This document shows, piece after piece, positions 9,051 through 17,708 of a stretch of 56,768 nt of DNA. Every line of letters begins with the position of its first letter. Position 1 is the first letter of the stretch. The notes beneath the pieces are model-generated. The model saw nothing but the letters and a program-made list of their open reading frames with translations, was not told the DNA's origin and did no database searches. A program made the position numbers and the translations under genes. Origin of the DNA: Bifidobacterium breve (lineage in GTDB: Bacteria > Actinomycetota > Actinomycetes > S36-B12); contig CAMCSO010000001.1 in the NCBI GenBank assembly GCA_945877545.1, positions 1-56,768 of the forward strand, in the 5' to 3' direction.

Positions 9051-12000
9051 ACCACCACCTGCTCACCCTGACGTTGGGAGGGGCACACGAGTTGGTACGA
9101 GCAGAATCTGCATCCAGGGTTGGGCTTCGCGACGAATCCCTCGCCACGGAGGAGCTCCGCCGCCTCACCCAACTCAATCTCGACCCAGGTCGGGGATTCG
9201 GAACCGAGCGGCTCTTGAAACTGAACCTTCGGATCCGATGCACCCGCAGTGGCCGGCACACGCAACTGCACGAGGGCAGCGCCACCCACCTGCTCTCCAT
9301 TCTCTCGCAAAAGAAGTTGGTAGACGCCGAGTTGTGCATGCGAAGGCAGGGTGGTGTCGGAGGCGGGCTTGCGGATGTTCTTCAGGTCGATCGCGACCGT
9401 GCGACCAAGGCTGTCTTGCTCGATTCGGTCTAGGAACCCCCGCAATCGCACTGCCTCTGATCCCCCGCCCGATATGGGCACGGAGATCTCGGCTCGATAC
9501 TCACGCTCGGTGCCAAGAAGGACACGATCGCCACGCAGGTGGTACACGAGGAAGCGCGACAAAGCGTCCCGGGCCTCGACCCGCTCACTCGCTGACTGCC
9601 ACGCCGCCTCGAATCGAAGATCGCGCCACACTCGGTCGACGAGGGCATCCATACTCTCGATATCTGCGGCAACCTCACCCTTGGCCACGTAGTCGGCAAC
9701 CGCGTGGATGACACTGCCAAACTTCGTCGATGAAGGCCGTGGGACTTCCGCATGGGCGTCGTGCTCAAGAAACCACTTCAGCGGACAGGTGAGGATCGAC
9801 TCAAGTCCGCTGCCCGACAGCGCGATCGGCGCATCTGATGGGCGCAAAGGCCGCTCGTTCACGGTTTCATCGCGCACCCCCCACCAGTGGTCCGGGTCTG
9901 CCACCCGCACCAGTTGCTCCCCCTCGTCACTCGTCGCGCTCGCGAGTCGCGCCAGCCTCTCGATCGCAGCGCCGCGCAGGCCTTCCGAGGCACTCGGGTC
10001 TGCTGCAACGACTCGCAGGTGAGCCACGAGGCCATGGGTCGATGCAGCGAACGCAGGTCGACCGTGCACCCGATCTGGTTCGATGCCTAGGTCATCGATG
10101 AACCGACTCGGCTGAGGACCACCACCAGAATCCGAGGCCAGGCTGGCAACGGTGACTCGACGCCGAGCCCGGGTAAGCGCGACGAAGAACAGCCGGCGCT
10201 CCTCGGCGAGCAGGTCAGCGGGTCGTACCGGATCGCCGACACCGGCACGGGAGAGCCGGTCGGGTTCGAGGACCGACCCTCGAGTGCGCAGGTCAGGCCA
10301 GACACCCTCCTCCGCCCCCACGATCCAGCAGGCATCCCACTCCAGGCCCTTGGCTCGGTGGGCCGTGATGATGCGAACGGCGTCGATGCCGACCGATCGC
10401 TCGGCAATCGGCTCCGCAGGAATCTGCTGGTCACGGAGGGAGATGAGCAAATTTTTCATGCCGACGAAGCCACGAAATCGCGCCGACGAGCGCTCGGCCG
10501 TCTCGAACAGGGCAAGCACAGCATCGATATTGTGATGGGCCGAGGACGAGCCGCCTAGCGCTGCCTGACGGAGTCGTTCAGACCATCCGTGAAGGGTCGA
10601 CCCACCGACGCGTCCTGTCCAAAGGGTCCACAGCACCTCAGCGGGCGAGGCGCCTCGCGCAACCTGCCCGCCAGCCGCCTTAATAAGCAGTCGCATGCGA
10701 TCGACAGTCGCAAACAGGCTTGAATCATCGTCGATGTGTTCGACCGTGAAGGTGCCCCGAAGCAGGTCTCGAATGAGTACATCCGAGGAAACGGGCGTGA
10801 CCGATGGATCCGATTCGCGAGCCTGGTTGCGTAGAAGTCTGCCCAGTCGTCTGAGTTGCCATGAGTCGAGGTCGCCAAGTGGCGGCCGCAGGAGGTCAAT
10901 CGCCGCCGCGGCGCTCATCTGGCCCGGGTCGCAGGCGACCTCGAGAGCGCTCAGGAGCACGGCCACCGCCGGTTCGAGCCTCAGCGGTATCTCATCGGCG
11001 GCAACCGCAGCTGGGACCCCCGCTTGGGTCATCGCCCGCTGCACGAGGGGAATCGACTGGGAGGACCGGACGATGACCGCCATGCTCGACCAGGCACGGC
11101 CCTCACGCAGGTGGGCGTGCTGAACCTGCTGAGCAATGTGCGCCGCGCGTGTCGATTCGCTGTCGAAGCAGCCGACGACGACCTCCCCCTCGCATGTCGG
11201 ATCGCAGACCGGGTTGCGATGCGCATGGGCGGTCGCAGGTTCGAGTTGGCGGAGGGGTCGCTTTCCGATCACCCGGGATGCCGCTTCTGCGATGTCGGGG
11301 CCGAATCGCCTCGTCCGGCGCAGCACCACAGTAGGAGCGGGCACACCGCCCGCGGCGCGGAATCTATTGGGGAAGTCGAAGATCCCGGTGACGTCGGCCC
11401 CGCGGAACGCGTAGATCGACTGATCTGGATCGCCAACCGCGACGATGGACGCCCGCGGTCCCACGAGGGCCTCGAGCAAGGCCACCTGAAGTGGATCGGT
11501 GTCCTGGTACTCATCGACGAACACTGCTCGGAACTTGCCATGTAGGGCGAGTCGGCCCTGCGGTGACCTAGCCCAGATCACCGCGCGATGGAGGAGTTCT
11601 GCATAGTCCACAACATTCTCGAGGACCATGACCTCGCTTTCCTGCCGGGCAAGGATGCCAAGGGCCTCCCACGCGGGGCGACCCGACTTCGCACCGATGC
11701 GCTGCAGTTGGAGCGGCTCGAGGCCGAGTTCCTTCGCCCGAGCAAGAACCGCACGCACCTCATTCGCTAGGCCGAGCGTGTGCAGGGCCCCCGACAGGTC
11801 CTCGGGCCAGACGACAGCGCCGTCCTCAACCGCCCCCAGCAGGAGGTCGCGAATCCGGACATCCTCCTCGGCTCCGGAGAGCAGTCGGGGTGGCTCCCGG
11901 TATTCCTCCTGCGTGCCATTTTGCAGCGTGAGGCCATAGGCAAACGCGTGGAAGGTCGCGACGGTCGGCAACAGGCCGCCCCCGAGCCGGGTGACAATCC

Positions 12001-12247
12001 GATCGCGCAACTCTCCGGCCGCGCGCTTCCCAAAGGTCAATGCGAGGACTGCCGATGCTGGCAGCGGATGAACCGGATCATTGATCCGCGCGGCGATGGC
12101 CTCAACGATGGTCGTCGTCTTTCCGGTGCCGGGCCCGGCAAGCACGAGGAGGGGACCAACCCGATGATCGACAACCCGCTGCTGCTCTTCATCGAGGCTC
12201 GGCGCCACAGCGGAGGGCAGCGGCGACGCGTCGAGCCGAAACGACAT
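9047..12247 (-). CDS. adnA: Helicase-nuclease AdnA-like subunit (UvrD-like + RecB-type nuclease with Cys cluster)
   Basis: Start moved to ATG 12247 (MSFRLD), preceded by GGGGAG 5 nt upstream. GPGTGKTTT, DEYQDTD, nuclease motif LRGFLDRIE...VAIDLK, terminal CRFCSYQLVC. 1066 aa. Confidence 0.85.
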   Translation of the reverse strand: MSFRLDASPLPSAVAPSLDEEQQRVVDHRVGPLLVLAGPGTGKTTTIVEAIAARINDPVHPLPASAVLALTFGKRAAGELRDRIVTRLGGGLLPTVATFHAFAYGLTLQNGTQEEYREPPRLLSGAEEDVRIRDLLLGAVEDGAVVWPEDLSGALHTLGLANEVRAVLARAKELGLEPLQLQRIGAKSGRPAWEALGILARQESEVMVLENVVDYAELLHRAVIWARSPQGRLALHGKFRAVFVDEYQDTDPLQVALLEALVGPRASIVAVGDPDQSIYAFRGADVTGIFDFPNRFRAAGGVPAPTVVLRRTRRFGPDIAEAASRVIGKRPLRQLEPATAHAHRNPVCDPTCEGEVVVGCFDSESTRAAHIAQQVQHAHLREGRAWSSMAVIVRSSQSIPLVQRAMTQAGVPAAVAADEIPLRLEPAVAVLLSALEVACDPGQMSAAAAIDLLRPPLGDLDSWQLRRLGRLLRNQARESDPSVTPVSSDVLIRDLLRGTFTVEHIDDDSSLFATVDRMRLLIKAAGGQVARGASPAEVLWTLWTGRVGGSTLHGWSERLRQAALGGSSSAHHNIDAVLALFETAERSSARFRGFVGMKNLLISLRDQQIPAEPIAERSVGIDAVRIITAHRAKGLEWDACWIVGAEEGVWPDLRTRGSVLEPDRLSRAGVGDPVRPADLLAEERRLFFVALTRARRRVTVASLASDSGGGPQPSRFIDDLGIEPDRVHGRPAFAASTHGLVAHLRVVAADPSASEGLRGAAIERLARLASATSDEGEQLVRVADPDHWWGVRDETVNERPLRPSDAPIALSGSGLESILTCPLKWFLEHDAHAEVPRPSSTKFGSVIHAVADYVAKGEVAADIESMDALVDRVWRDLRFEAAWQSASERVEARDALSRFLVYHLRGDRVLLGTEREYRAEISVPISGGGSEAVRLRGFLDRIEQDSLGRTVAIDLKNIRKPASDTTLPSHAQLGVYQLLLRENGEQVGGAALVQLRVPATAGASDPKVQFQEPLGSESPTWVEIELGEAAELLRGEGFVAKPNPGCRFCSYQLVCPSQRQGEQVVV

Positions 12248-12306
12248 GGACGCTCCCCGTGTTTGCATAGGACATGAGTACCAGCAACGTCTGACAAGAT
12301 GCTCTG

Positions 12307-14718
12307 GTGACCTCCGAGGAGAGCGGAACTGGGTTCGAGGCAGCCGCCCGTTCCCCTGCTCTCGCGCCCGCCGCACTCCTCGGCGCCGACGAGTTCCCTC
12401 GACGCGTTCGTCGCCCGCTTGACCTCGCCCGGTTTACCGCGTCGATCGCCCTCACCGCGAGTATCGTCCTCATCGCCTGGTTCGCGACAAGCACGACCGC
12501 GGGCATTGTCAATGACCTCTCCACCGGTGCACAGCTTCTTCCGAGCCTCATCGTCCTAGCCCTGAACATCATCGGAGGTATCGGCACCCTCGGTCTGCCA
12601 ATCGCCGCGTCGATCGCCCTCGTGGCCCGCCGCCGGATTCGACAGCTGTTCGACGCCCTCGTCGCGCTCCTCTTCACGATCGTCGCCCTCACAATTTCCG
12701 CAAACGTCCTCTCCCTTGTCGATTCCCCCCGACTCCTCGCAGCCCTCGCCGGATCAGCGAGCGGTAGCAGCATGGCCACGGCGCCGATCCTCGGCGGCCT
12801 CATCGCCTTCATTACGGTTGCGCGACTCATGGGCCGGCGACCCTGGAACGTCCTCAGCCTCCTGGTGATCGGCTCGCTCGTCACGGTCACGTTCCTCAGC
12901 TCAGGGATCGCGCTCGCGGGCGTCGGAGTATCACTGTCTATCGGCTGGGCAATCGGGCTCATCTGCCGTTATGTGCTCGGCACCCCAACCACCCGGCCAA
13001 GCTCAGAGGAGATTGTCGCTGCCCTGACCCGTGGCGGGTTCACCATCGCCTCTCTTTCCGCTGAAGTCACCACCAGTCGAGGCCGTCGCTATCGAGCGGT
13101 CACATCCTCGGGCCAACAGATGCGCGTCGCTGTGCTCGACCGCGACCTTGAGGGCGCGGGCCTCGTCAGTTCGTTCTGGACCGCATTGCGGCTGCGAAGC
13201 GAGACGGGCGGGGGCGCCTTCAACATGCGACGGTCGCTCGACCATACGGCACTCATGTACTACGCCGGAGCGGCCGCGGGCGCACCCATGCCGCGACTGC
13301 TTCTCGCCTCCGAGGTTGGTCCCGATTCCAGTCTCCTGGCCTTCGAGCGCGTGGAGGGCACGGTCTTCTCAGATGCCACCGATCTCACCGACACCGATCT
13401 CGATGACGCATGGCGTGCAGTGAAGATCCTGCACGACCATCAGATTAGCCACCGGCGACTCTCGGCCGATCACCTCATCAGGGCTACGGACGGCGGGGTG
13501 CAGATCATCGGATATGACGGGGGAACCGTTGCGGCTGGCGACGTTTCGATGCGTATCGATCTCGCCGAGATGCTGTGCACGCTCGCGCTCATTGTCGGCG
13601 TCCAACGGGCGGTAGCGTCCGGTCAGCGGGTCCTCGGCGAGAGCGGCCTGTTGCGCGCCTTGCCCGCCCTTCAAACCGTTGCACTCTCCACGACGACCCG
13701 TCGAGCCATGCGCAAGAACAAGCAACTCATGGTGAACCTGAGGGATGTTCTGCTCGAGAGCCGGCCGGGTGAGCCCGTCGAGCAGATTCGACTCGAACGT
13801 GTGAAACTCCGCACGCTCGTCATGATCGTTGTGGGGTCTATCGCCGGCTACGTCCTGCTCTCCCAACTTGCCCAGGTTGACCTTGCGACGCTCATCACCT
13901 CAGCGAACGGCTGGTGGGTCCTTGCCGCCCTCGTCCTAAGCCTCATTACTTACGTCGGCGCGGCGTGGTCACTCTCGGGCTTCGTCCCAGAGCGACTCAG
14001 ACTCCATCGAACGATCCTCGCGCAACTTGCAGGTGACTTCGCGACATTGGTCTCGCCACCAACCCTCGGTGCCGTCGCCATCAACATGCGTTTCCTCCAG
14101 CGAGCCGGCCTTCACCCTGCGCTCGCAGCCGCCTCGGTCGGGGTGTCGCAGGTCATGGCCTTCGTCTTCCACATTCTCCTGCTCTTCGCCTTCGGCATCG
14201 CTGCCGGGACCCAGCACGATTTCACCTTCAATCCCCCTCGCCTCGTCGTCATCGCCATTGCAGCAGTGGCCGTGATCGCCCTCGCCCTGCTCGCCGTTCC
14301 CACGATCCGTCGCCTCATCACCGACCGCGTGCGTCCGACGCTGCGCGAGGTGGTGCCGAGGCTAGTCACGCTGGCGCAGCGACCGTTTAAGTTGCTCGAG
14401 GGCATCGGAGGCATCCTCATCCTCAACCTCGCCTACATTGGCGTTCTCATCGCCTGCGTTCATGCCTTCGGGGGCGAGTTAAGCATTGCTGTGATCGCGG
14501 TCGTGTACCTCGCTGGAGCCACCATCGGCCAAGCTGCACCAACCCCCGGCGGACTCGGCGCCGTCGAGGCGGCGCTCTCCGCCGGCCTCACTGCAGCGGG
14601 GCTTGACGGAGGCGTGGCTGTGTCGGCCGTGCTCCTCTACCGGCTCGTGACCTTCTGGCTGCCGACCCTGCCCGGCTACTGGTCCTTTAATTGGCTGACG
14701 AAGAGGGGGGCGCTCTAG
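12307..14718 (+). CDS. Multi-domain membrane protein: N-terminal TM bundle + kinase-like central domain + C-terminal flippase-like (LPG-synthase TM / UPF0104) domain
   Basis: 803 aa, GTG start. The C-terminal roughly 330 aa are polytopic with PTPGGLGAVEAAL, the UPF0104/TIGR00374 signature. The central soluble region has kinase-like strings (ISHRRLSADHLI, IIGYDGG). Confidence 0.72.
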   Translation: MTSEESGTGFEAAARSPALAPAALLGADEFPRRVRRPLDLARFTASIALTASIVLIAWFATSTTAGIVNDLSTGAQLLPSLIVLALNIIGGIGTLGLPIAASIALVARRRIRQLFDALVALLFTIVALTISANVLSLVDSPRLLAALAGSASGSSMATAPILGGLIAFITVARLMGRRPWNVLSLLVIGSLVTVTFLSSGIALAGVGVSLSIGWAIGLICRYVLGTPTTRPSSEEIVAALTRGGFTIASLSAEVTTSRGRRYRAVTSSGQQMRVAVLDRDLEGAGLVSSFWTALRLRSETGGGAFNMRRSLDHTALMYYAGAAAGAPMPRLLLASEVGPDSSLLAFERVEGTVFSDATDLTDTDLDDAWRAVKILHDHQISHRRLSADHLIRATDGGVQIIGYDGGTVAAGDVSMRIDLAEMLCTLALIVGVQRAVASGQRVLGESGLLRALPALQTVALSTTTRRAMRKNKQLMVNLRDVLLESRPGEPVEQIRLERVKLRTLVMIVVGSIAGYVLLSQLAQVDLATLITSANGWWVLAALVLSLITYVGAAWSLSGFVPERLRLHRTILAQLAGDFATLVSPPTLGAVAINMRFLQRAGLHPALAAASVGVSQVMAFVFHILLLFAFGIAAGTQHDFTFNPPRLVVIAIAAVAVIALALLAVPTIRRLITDRVRPTLREVVPRLVTLAQRPFKLLEGIGGILILNLAYIGVLIACVHAFGGELSIAVIAVVYLAGATIGQAAPTPGGLGAVEAALSAGLTAAGLDGGVAVSAVLLYRLVTFWLPTLPGYWSFNWLTKRGAL

Positions 14719-14781
14719 CGACGTGTCACGCTATACCGCCCCGCGAATGCCAAAGGGTTCGCTGAGCGGCACAATGCACTC

Positions 14782-15009
14782 ATGAGCGAATCAACGAGTC
14801 AGCCGAGTAACGAATCCGTCACCATCACCGTCGGAGCCGATGGGCCCCTTGAGGTCTCCGGGCCGGTCGAGATCATCGCCGCCGACGGAACCGTCCTGCG
14901 CGCGACGAGCAAGGCCTACCTATGCCGTTGCGGTCACTCCGCGAACAAGCCCTTCTGCGACGGGGCCCACAAGCGCGAGGGCTTCGTCGACGCAGGTCTC
15001 GGCGGATAA
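14782..15009 (+). CDS. CDGSH iron-sulfur domain protein
   Basis: 75 aa containing CRCGHSANKPFCDGAH, the canonical CDGSH 2Fe-2S motif. Confidence 0.85.
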   Translation: MSESTSQPSNESVTITVGADGPLEVSGPVEIIAADGTVLRATSKAYLCRCGHSANKPFCDGAHKREGFVDAGLGG

Positions 15010-15014
15010 CGCCC

Positions 15015-15046
15015 CGCTACCCCTCCCCCGCTACCCCTCCCCCGCT
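15015..15046. repeat. C-rich 14-bp tandem repeat (cgctacccctcccc x2.3)
   Basis: Read directly: 15015-15028 and 15029-15042 are identical and followed by a partial third unit. Starts 6 nt after the CDGSH stop codon. Confidence 0.8.
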
Positions 15047-15052
15047 GAACGT

Positions 15053-15107
15053 GCTCATTACTGTCGTGATTCTCCCAAATTTGGCTGACTTCACGACAGT
15101 AATGAGC
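15053..15107. repeat. Long perfect palindrome H1 (17-bp stem, 21-nt loop); terminator-like, member of a repeat pair
   Basis: GCTCATTACTGTCGTGA (15053-15069) pairs perfectly with TCACGACAGTAATGAGC (15091-15107). The loop contains the mini-palindrome CCAAATTTGG (15075-15084). Confidence 0.85.
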
Positions 15108-15177
15108 AGGTGTGGGGTCTCGAGGCCTGTGGACAGAGGTTTTGTCGGGAGTGACGTGTCGCAGGCATGATTCCCAC

Positions 15178-16224
15178 ATGCCCGATCCCCGGCGAATTGC
15201 CTCGACGTCGCAGGCGATCACCCGCCTCGGCTCATTTGGGCCCATTACGCGCGGCGCCGCATTTTCCCACGGGCTCACCGAGGGTCAGGTGCGCGCGGCG
15301 CTTGCAGCCGGCAGTCTCGTCACCGTTCAGCCCGGCACCCTGCTGCCTCGGCAGGTTTGGCTCGAGTCGGACGATTCCGGCCGACATAGCCTCGCACTCG
15401 AATCGGCCCTACTCAGGCATCCCTCGGCAATCGCCAGCCATCGATCCGCAGCGCTGCTCCTGCAACTGCCATGGAACGACAGCCCAGTGGGCACCTACCT
15501 CGACTCTCAACTCGGTCGCGTCCCGATCGTCGAGATAACCCAGCCCGGCGTCGGACGCCGCCAGGCTAGACTCCGCATGTACTCCGGGATCGTGCCTGAT
15601 GACCAGCGCGCGCATTTACTTGGAATGCCGGTAACCTCAGTCGGCCGGACGGTCTTGGACCTCGCCCTGCAATTGCGGCCGCCGCAGGCCATCGCCATCC
15701 TCGACGTCGGAGTCCGCCGGCTCACTCTTGAGGCAAATCGCGGCGTCGACGTGCGTCAGGCAGTTCAATCGACAGTGGCGCGCGCTGCCGCTGCCGCTCA
15801 TCTTGCCCAGATTCTGGGCCAGATGGGCGGGCGGCGAGGGTCCGTCGGGCTGTCACGACTCCTCCCGTTTGCTGAGCCGGCGTCCGAATCGCACCTCGAA
15901 TCCCTCTCGCGATGGCAGATGCATCGCGGTAACGTGCCCCCGCCGCGCTGCGGAGTGCCCGTGACGGGTGATGACGGCAAGACCTATTGGGCGGATTTTC
16001 TCTGGACAGATGCCAGGGTCATCGGGGAAGCCGATGGCGAGGAGAAGTATGCCAGCCGTGACGACCTGATCGCTGAGAAGCGCCGGCAGCAGAGCCTCGA
16101 GCGCGCCGGCTGGGACGTCATTCGCTGGAACTGGTTCGATGCCGTTGTCCAGCCGGCCATCATGGTTGGCCGCATCAACGAGGCACTCGGCCGCGGCCCC
16201 CGTCGGCAAACCCACCGCTCATAA
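15178..16224 (+). CDS. DUF559 / AbiEi-like protein (N-terminal wHTH-like region + C-terminal Vsr/restriction-endonuclease-like domain)
   Basis: ATG 15178 inside ORF 15112..16224 gives 348 aa. The C-terminus (YWADFLWTDARVIGEADGEEKY...ERAGWDVIRWNW) is the characteristic DUF559 ending. Family call is from memory. Confidence 0.72.
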   Translation: MPDPRRIASTSQAITRLGSFGPITRGAAFSHGLTEGQVRAALAAGSLVTVQPGTLLPRQVWLESDDSGRHSLALESALLRHPSAIASHRSAALLLQLPWNDSPVGTYLDSQLGRVPIVEITQPGVGRRQARLRMYSGIVPDDQRAHLLGMPVTSVGRTVLDLALQLRPPQAIAILDVGVRRLTLEANRGVDVRQAVQSTVARAAAAAHLAQILGQMGGRRGSVGLSRLLPFAEPASESHLESLSRWQMHRGNVPPPRCGVPVTGDDGKTYWADFLWTDARVIGEADGEEKYASRDDLIAEKRRQQSLERAGWDVIRWNWFDAVVQPAIMVGRINEALGRGPRRQTHRS

Positions 16225-16243
16225 GCCCGCACCGCACCAGAAT

Positions 16244-16298
16244 GCACGTTACTGTCGCGAAAACGCCGAAAACACCTGATTTCGCGACAGTAACGTGC
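16244..16298. repeat. Long perfect palindrome H2 (19-bp stem, 17-nt loop), related to H1; probable bidirectional terminator
   Basis: GCACGTTACTGTCGCGAAA (16244-16262) pairs perfectly with TTTCGCGACAGTAACGTGC (16280-16298). Shares the arm core TTACTGTCG.GA with H1. Lies between the convergent DUF559 and moeZ stop codons. Confidence 0.85.
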
Positions 16299-16326
16299 AG
16301 GTTGAGAGCGCAGGGTGGAGCGGCGG

Positions 16327-17517
16327 TCAGTAGGTCGGCTTTTGTGGCTCGATCTGGTTCACCCAGGCGAGCACCCCACCGCCCACGTGCACCGCGTCGG
16401 TGAAGCCGGCCCCCTTCACGACCGCCAGCGCCTCAGCCGAGCGTCCACCCACCTTGCAGGTCAAGATGACCCGCTTGTCCGTCGGCAGATCGGCGAGCGC
16501 TGATCCGTACAAGAACTTGACCTTCGGGATGAGTATTGCCCCTGGGATCTGCACAATCTCGAACTCGCCTGGCTCGCGGACATCAATGAGCACAAAGTCG
16601 TCCTCACCGCGGTCGCGGGCATCGAGGAGCACCTTGAGATCCTTGACCGAAATCGTCGAATCCATCGCCGCCTCGGCCGCCTCTACCGAGATCGAGCCAC
16701 AAAACGCCTCGTAGTCAATGAGTTCGGTGACGGTCGGATGATCGCTGCAGACCGCGCAGTTCGGGTCCTTGCGAATCTTCACCTGACGGTACGTCATCTC
16801 GAGCGCGTCGTAGATCATCAGTCGCCCAAGGAGTGGCTCGCCAATTCCCGCCAGCAGCTTGATCGCCTCGGTCACCTGAATCGACCCGATCGATGCGCAC
16901 AGGACGCCGAGCACGCCACCCTCGGCGCAACTCGGCACCATGCCGGGCGGTGGGGGCTCCGGGTAGAGGCAGCGGTAGCAGGGGCCGAATTCGGCCCAGA
17001 ACACGCTCGCCTGCCCATCGAACCGGTAGATCGAGCCCCATACATAGGGCTTCTCGAGCAGCACGCATGCGTCGTTCACTAGATAGCGGGTCGCGAAGTT
17101 GTCGGTGCCGTCGACGATGAGGTCGTACTGAGCGAAGAGATCCATGACGTTGGTCGAGTCGAGCCGCACCTCGTGAACGTTCACCTGCACGAGAGGGTTG
17201 ATCTCGCGGACGCTGTCGCGCGCGCTCTCTGCCTTCGAACGTCCGATATCGCTCTGGCCGTGAATGATCTGGCGCTGAAGATTGGATTCGTCGACCGTGT
17301 CGAACTCGACGATTCCGAGCGTGCCGACCCCTGCCGCGGCGAGATACATGAGGGCCGGACTGCCGAGGCCCCCGGCGCCGACGCAGAGCACCCTCGCGTT
17401 CTTCAGCCGCTTCTGCCCCACCATTCCGACATCCGGGATGATGAGGTGGCGGCTGTACCGCCGCACCTCATCCACGGTCAGTTCAGCGGCGGGCTCCACG
17501 AGGGGAGGCAGGCTCAC
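16327..17517 (-). CDS. moeZ: Adenylyltransferase/sulfurtransferase MoeZ (ThiF/MoeB domain + C-terminal rhodanese)
   Basis: 396 aa. GAGGLGSP nucleotide-binding loop, CYRC and CAVC zinc cysteines, rhodanese active-site loop CKVGGRS. GTG start with GGAG 6 nt upstream. Confidence 0.9.
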   Translation of the reverse strand: MSLPPLVEPAAELTVDEVRRYSRHLIIPDVGMVGQKRLKNARVLCVGAGGLGSPALMYLAAAGVGTLGIVEFDTVDESNLQRQIIHGQSDIGRSKAESARDSVREINPLVQVNVHEVRLDSTNVMDLFAQYDLIVDGTDNFATRYLVNDACVLLEKPYVWGSIYRFDGQASVFWAEFGPCYRCLYPEPPPPGMVPSCAEGGVLGVLCASIGSIQVTEAIKLLAGIGEPLLGRLMIYDALEMTYRQVKIRKDPNCAVCSDHPTVTELIDYEAFCGSISVEAAEAAMDSTISVKDLKVLLDARDRGEDDFVLIDVREPGEFEIVQIPGAILIPKVKFLYGSALADLPTDKRVILTCKVGGRSAEALAVVKGAGFTDAVHVGGGVLAWVNQIEPQKPTY

Positions 17518-17681
17518 GGTTCACTCCAGTGTCAGGGCCGGCGAAACAGGATGTCCCAGATCGGACGTCGCAGGATTGGAAGTACGTCTGTGCATGCTAA
17601 CCGTCCCTGCTGCGTCAGCATTCCTCTCGTCCTCCACTTGCATACGCTTTGCAACAGGTCGCGCCGCCAACCGCGCAACGC

Positions 17682-17708
17682 CGAGCATTTAGTCGAGCAT
17701 CTAGTCGA
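17682..17708. repeat. 12-bp tandem duplication spanning the gdh stop codon
   Basis: gcatttagtcga (17685-17696) and gcatctagtcga (17697-17708). On the minus strand this reads CTCGAC TAG ATG CTCGAC TAA. Confidence 0.8.

Noticed and set aside
12189-12962. 257-aa minus-strand ORF, with similar long shadow ORFs elsewhere (e.g. 40905..41603, 21081..21467, 50791..51522, 51777..52634)
   Set aside because: All lie antisense or out of frame to well-supported genes. They have Arg/Pro/Ser/Ala-rich translations typical of GC-rich off-frame reading and no start-site support.
15015-15107. CRISPR array or other spacer-repeat structure (also considered for 32237-32275 and 46471-46560)
   Set aside because: The repeats are directly adjacent short tandem units (14 or 18 bp) without unique spacers. 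One is inside a coding sequence, and there are no cas genes in the window.
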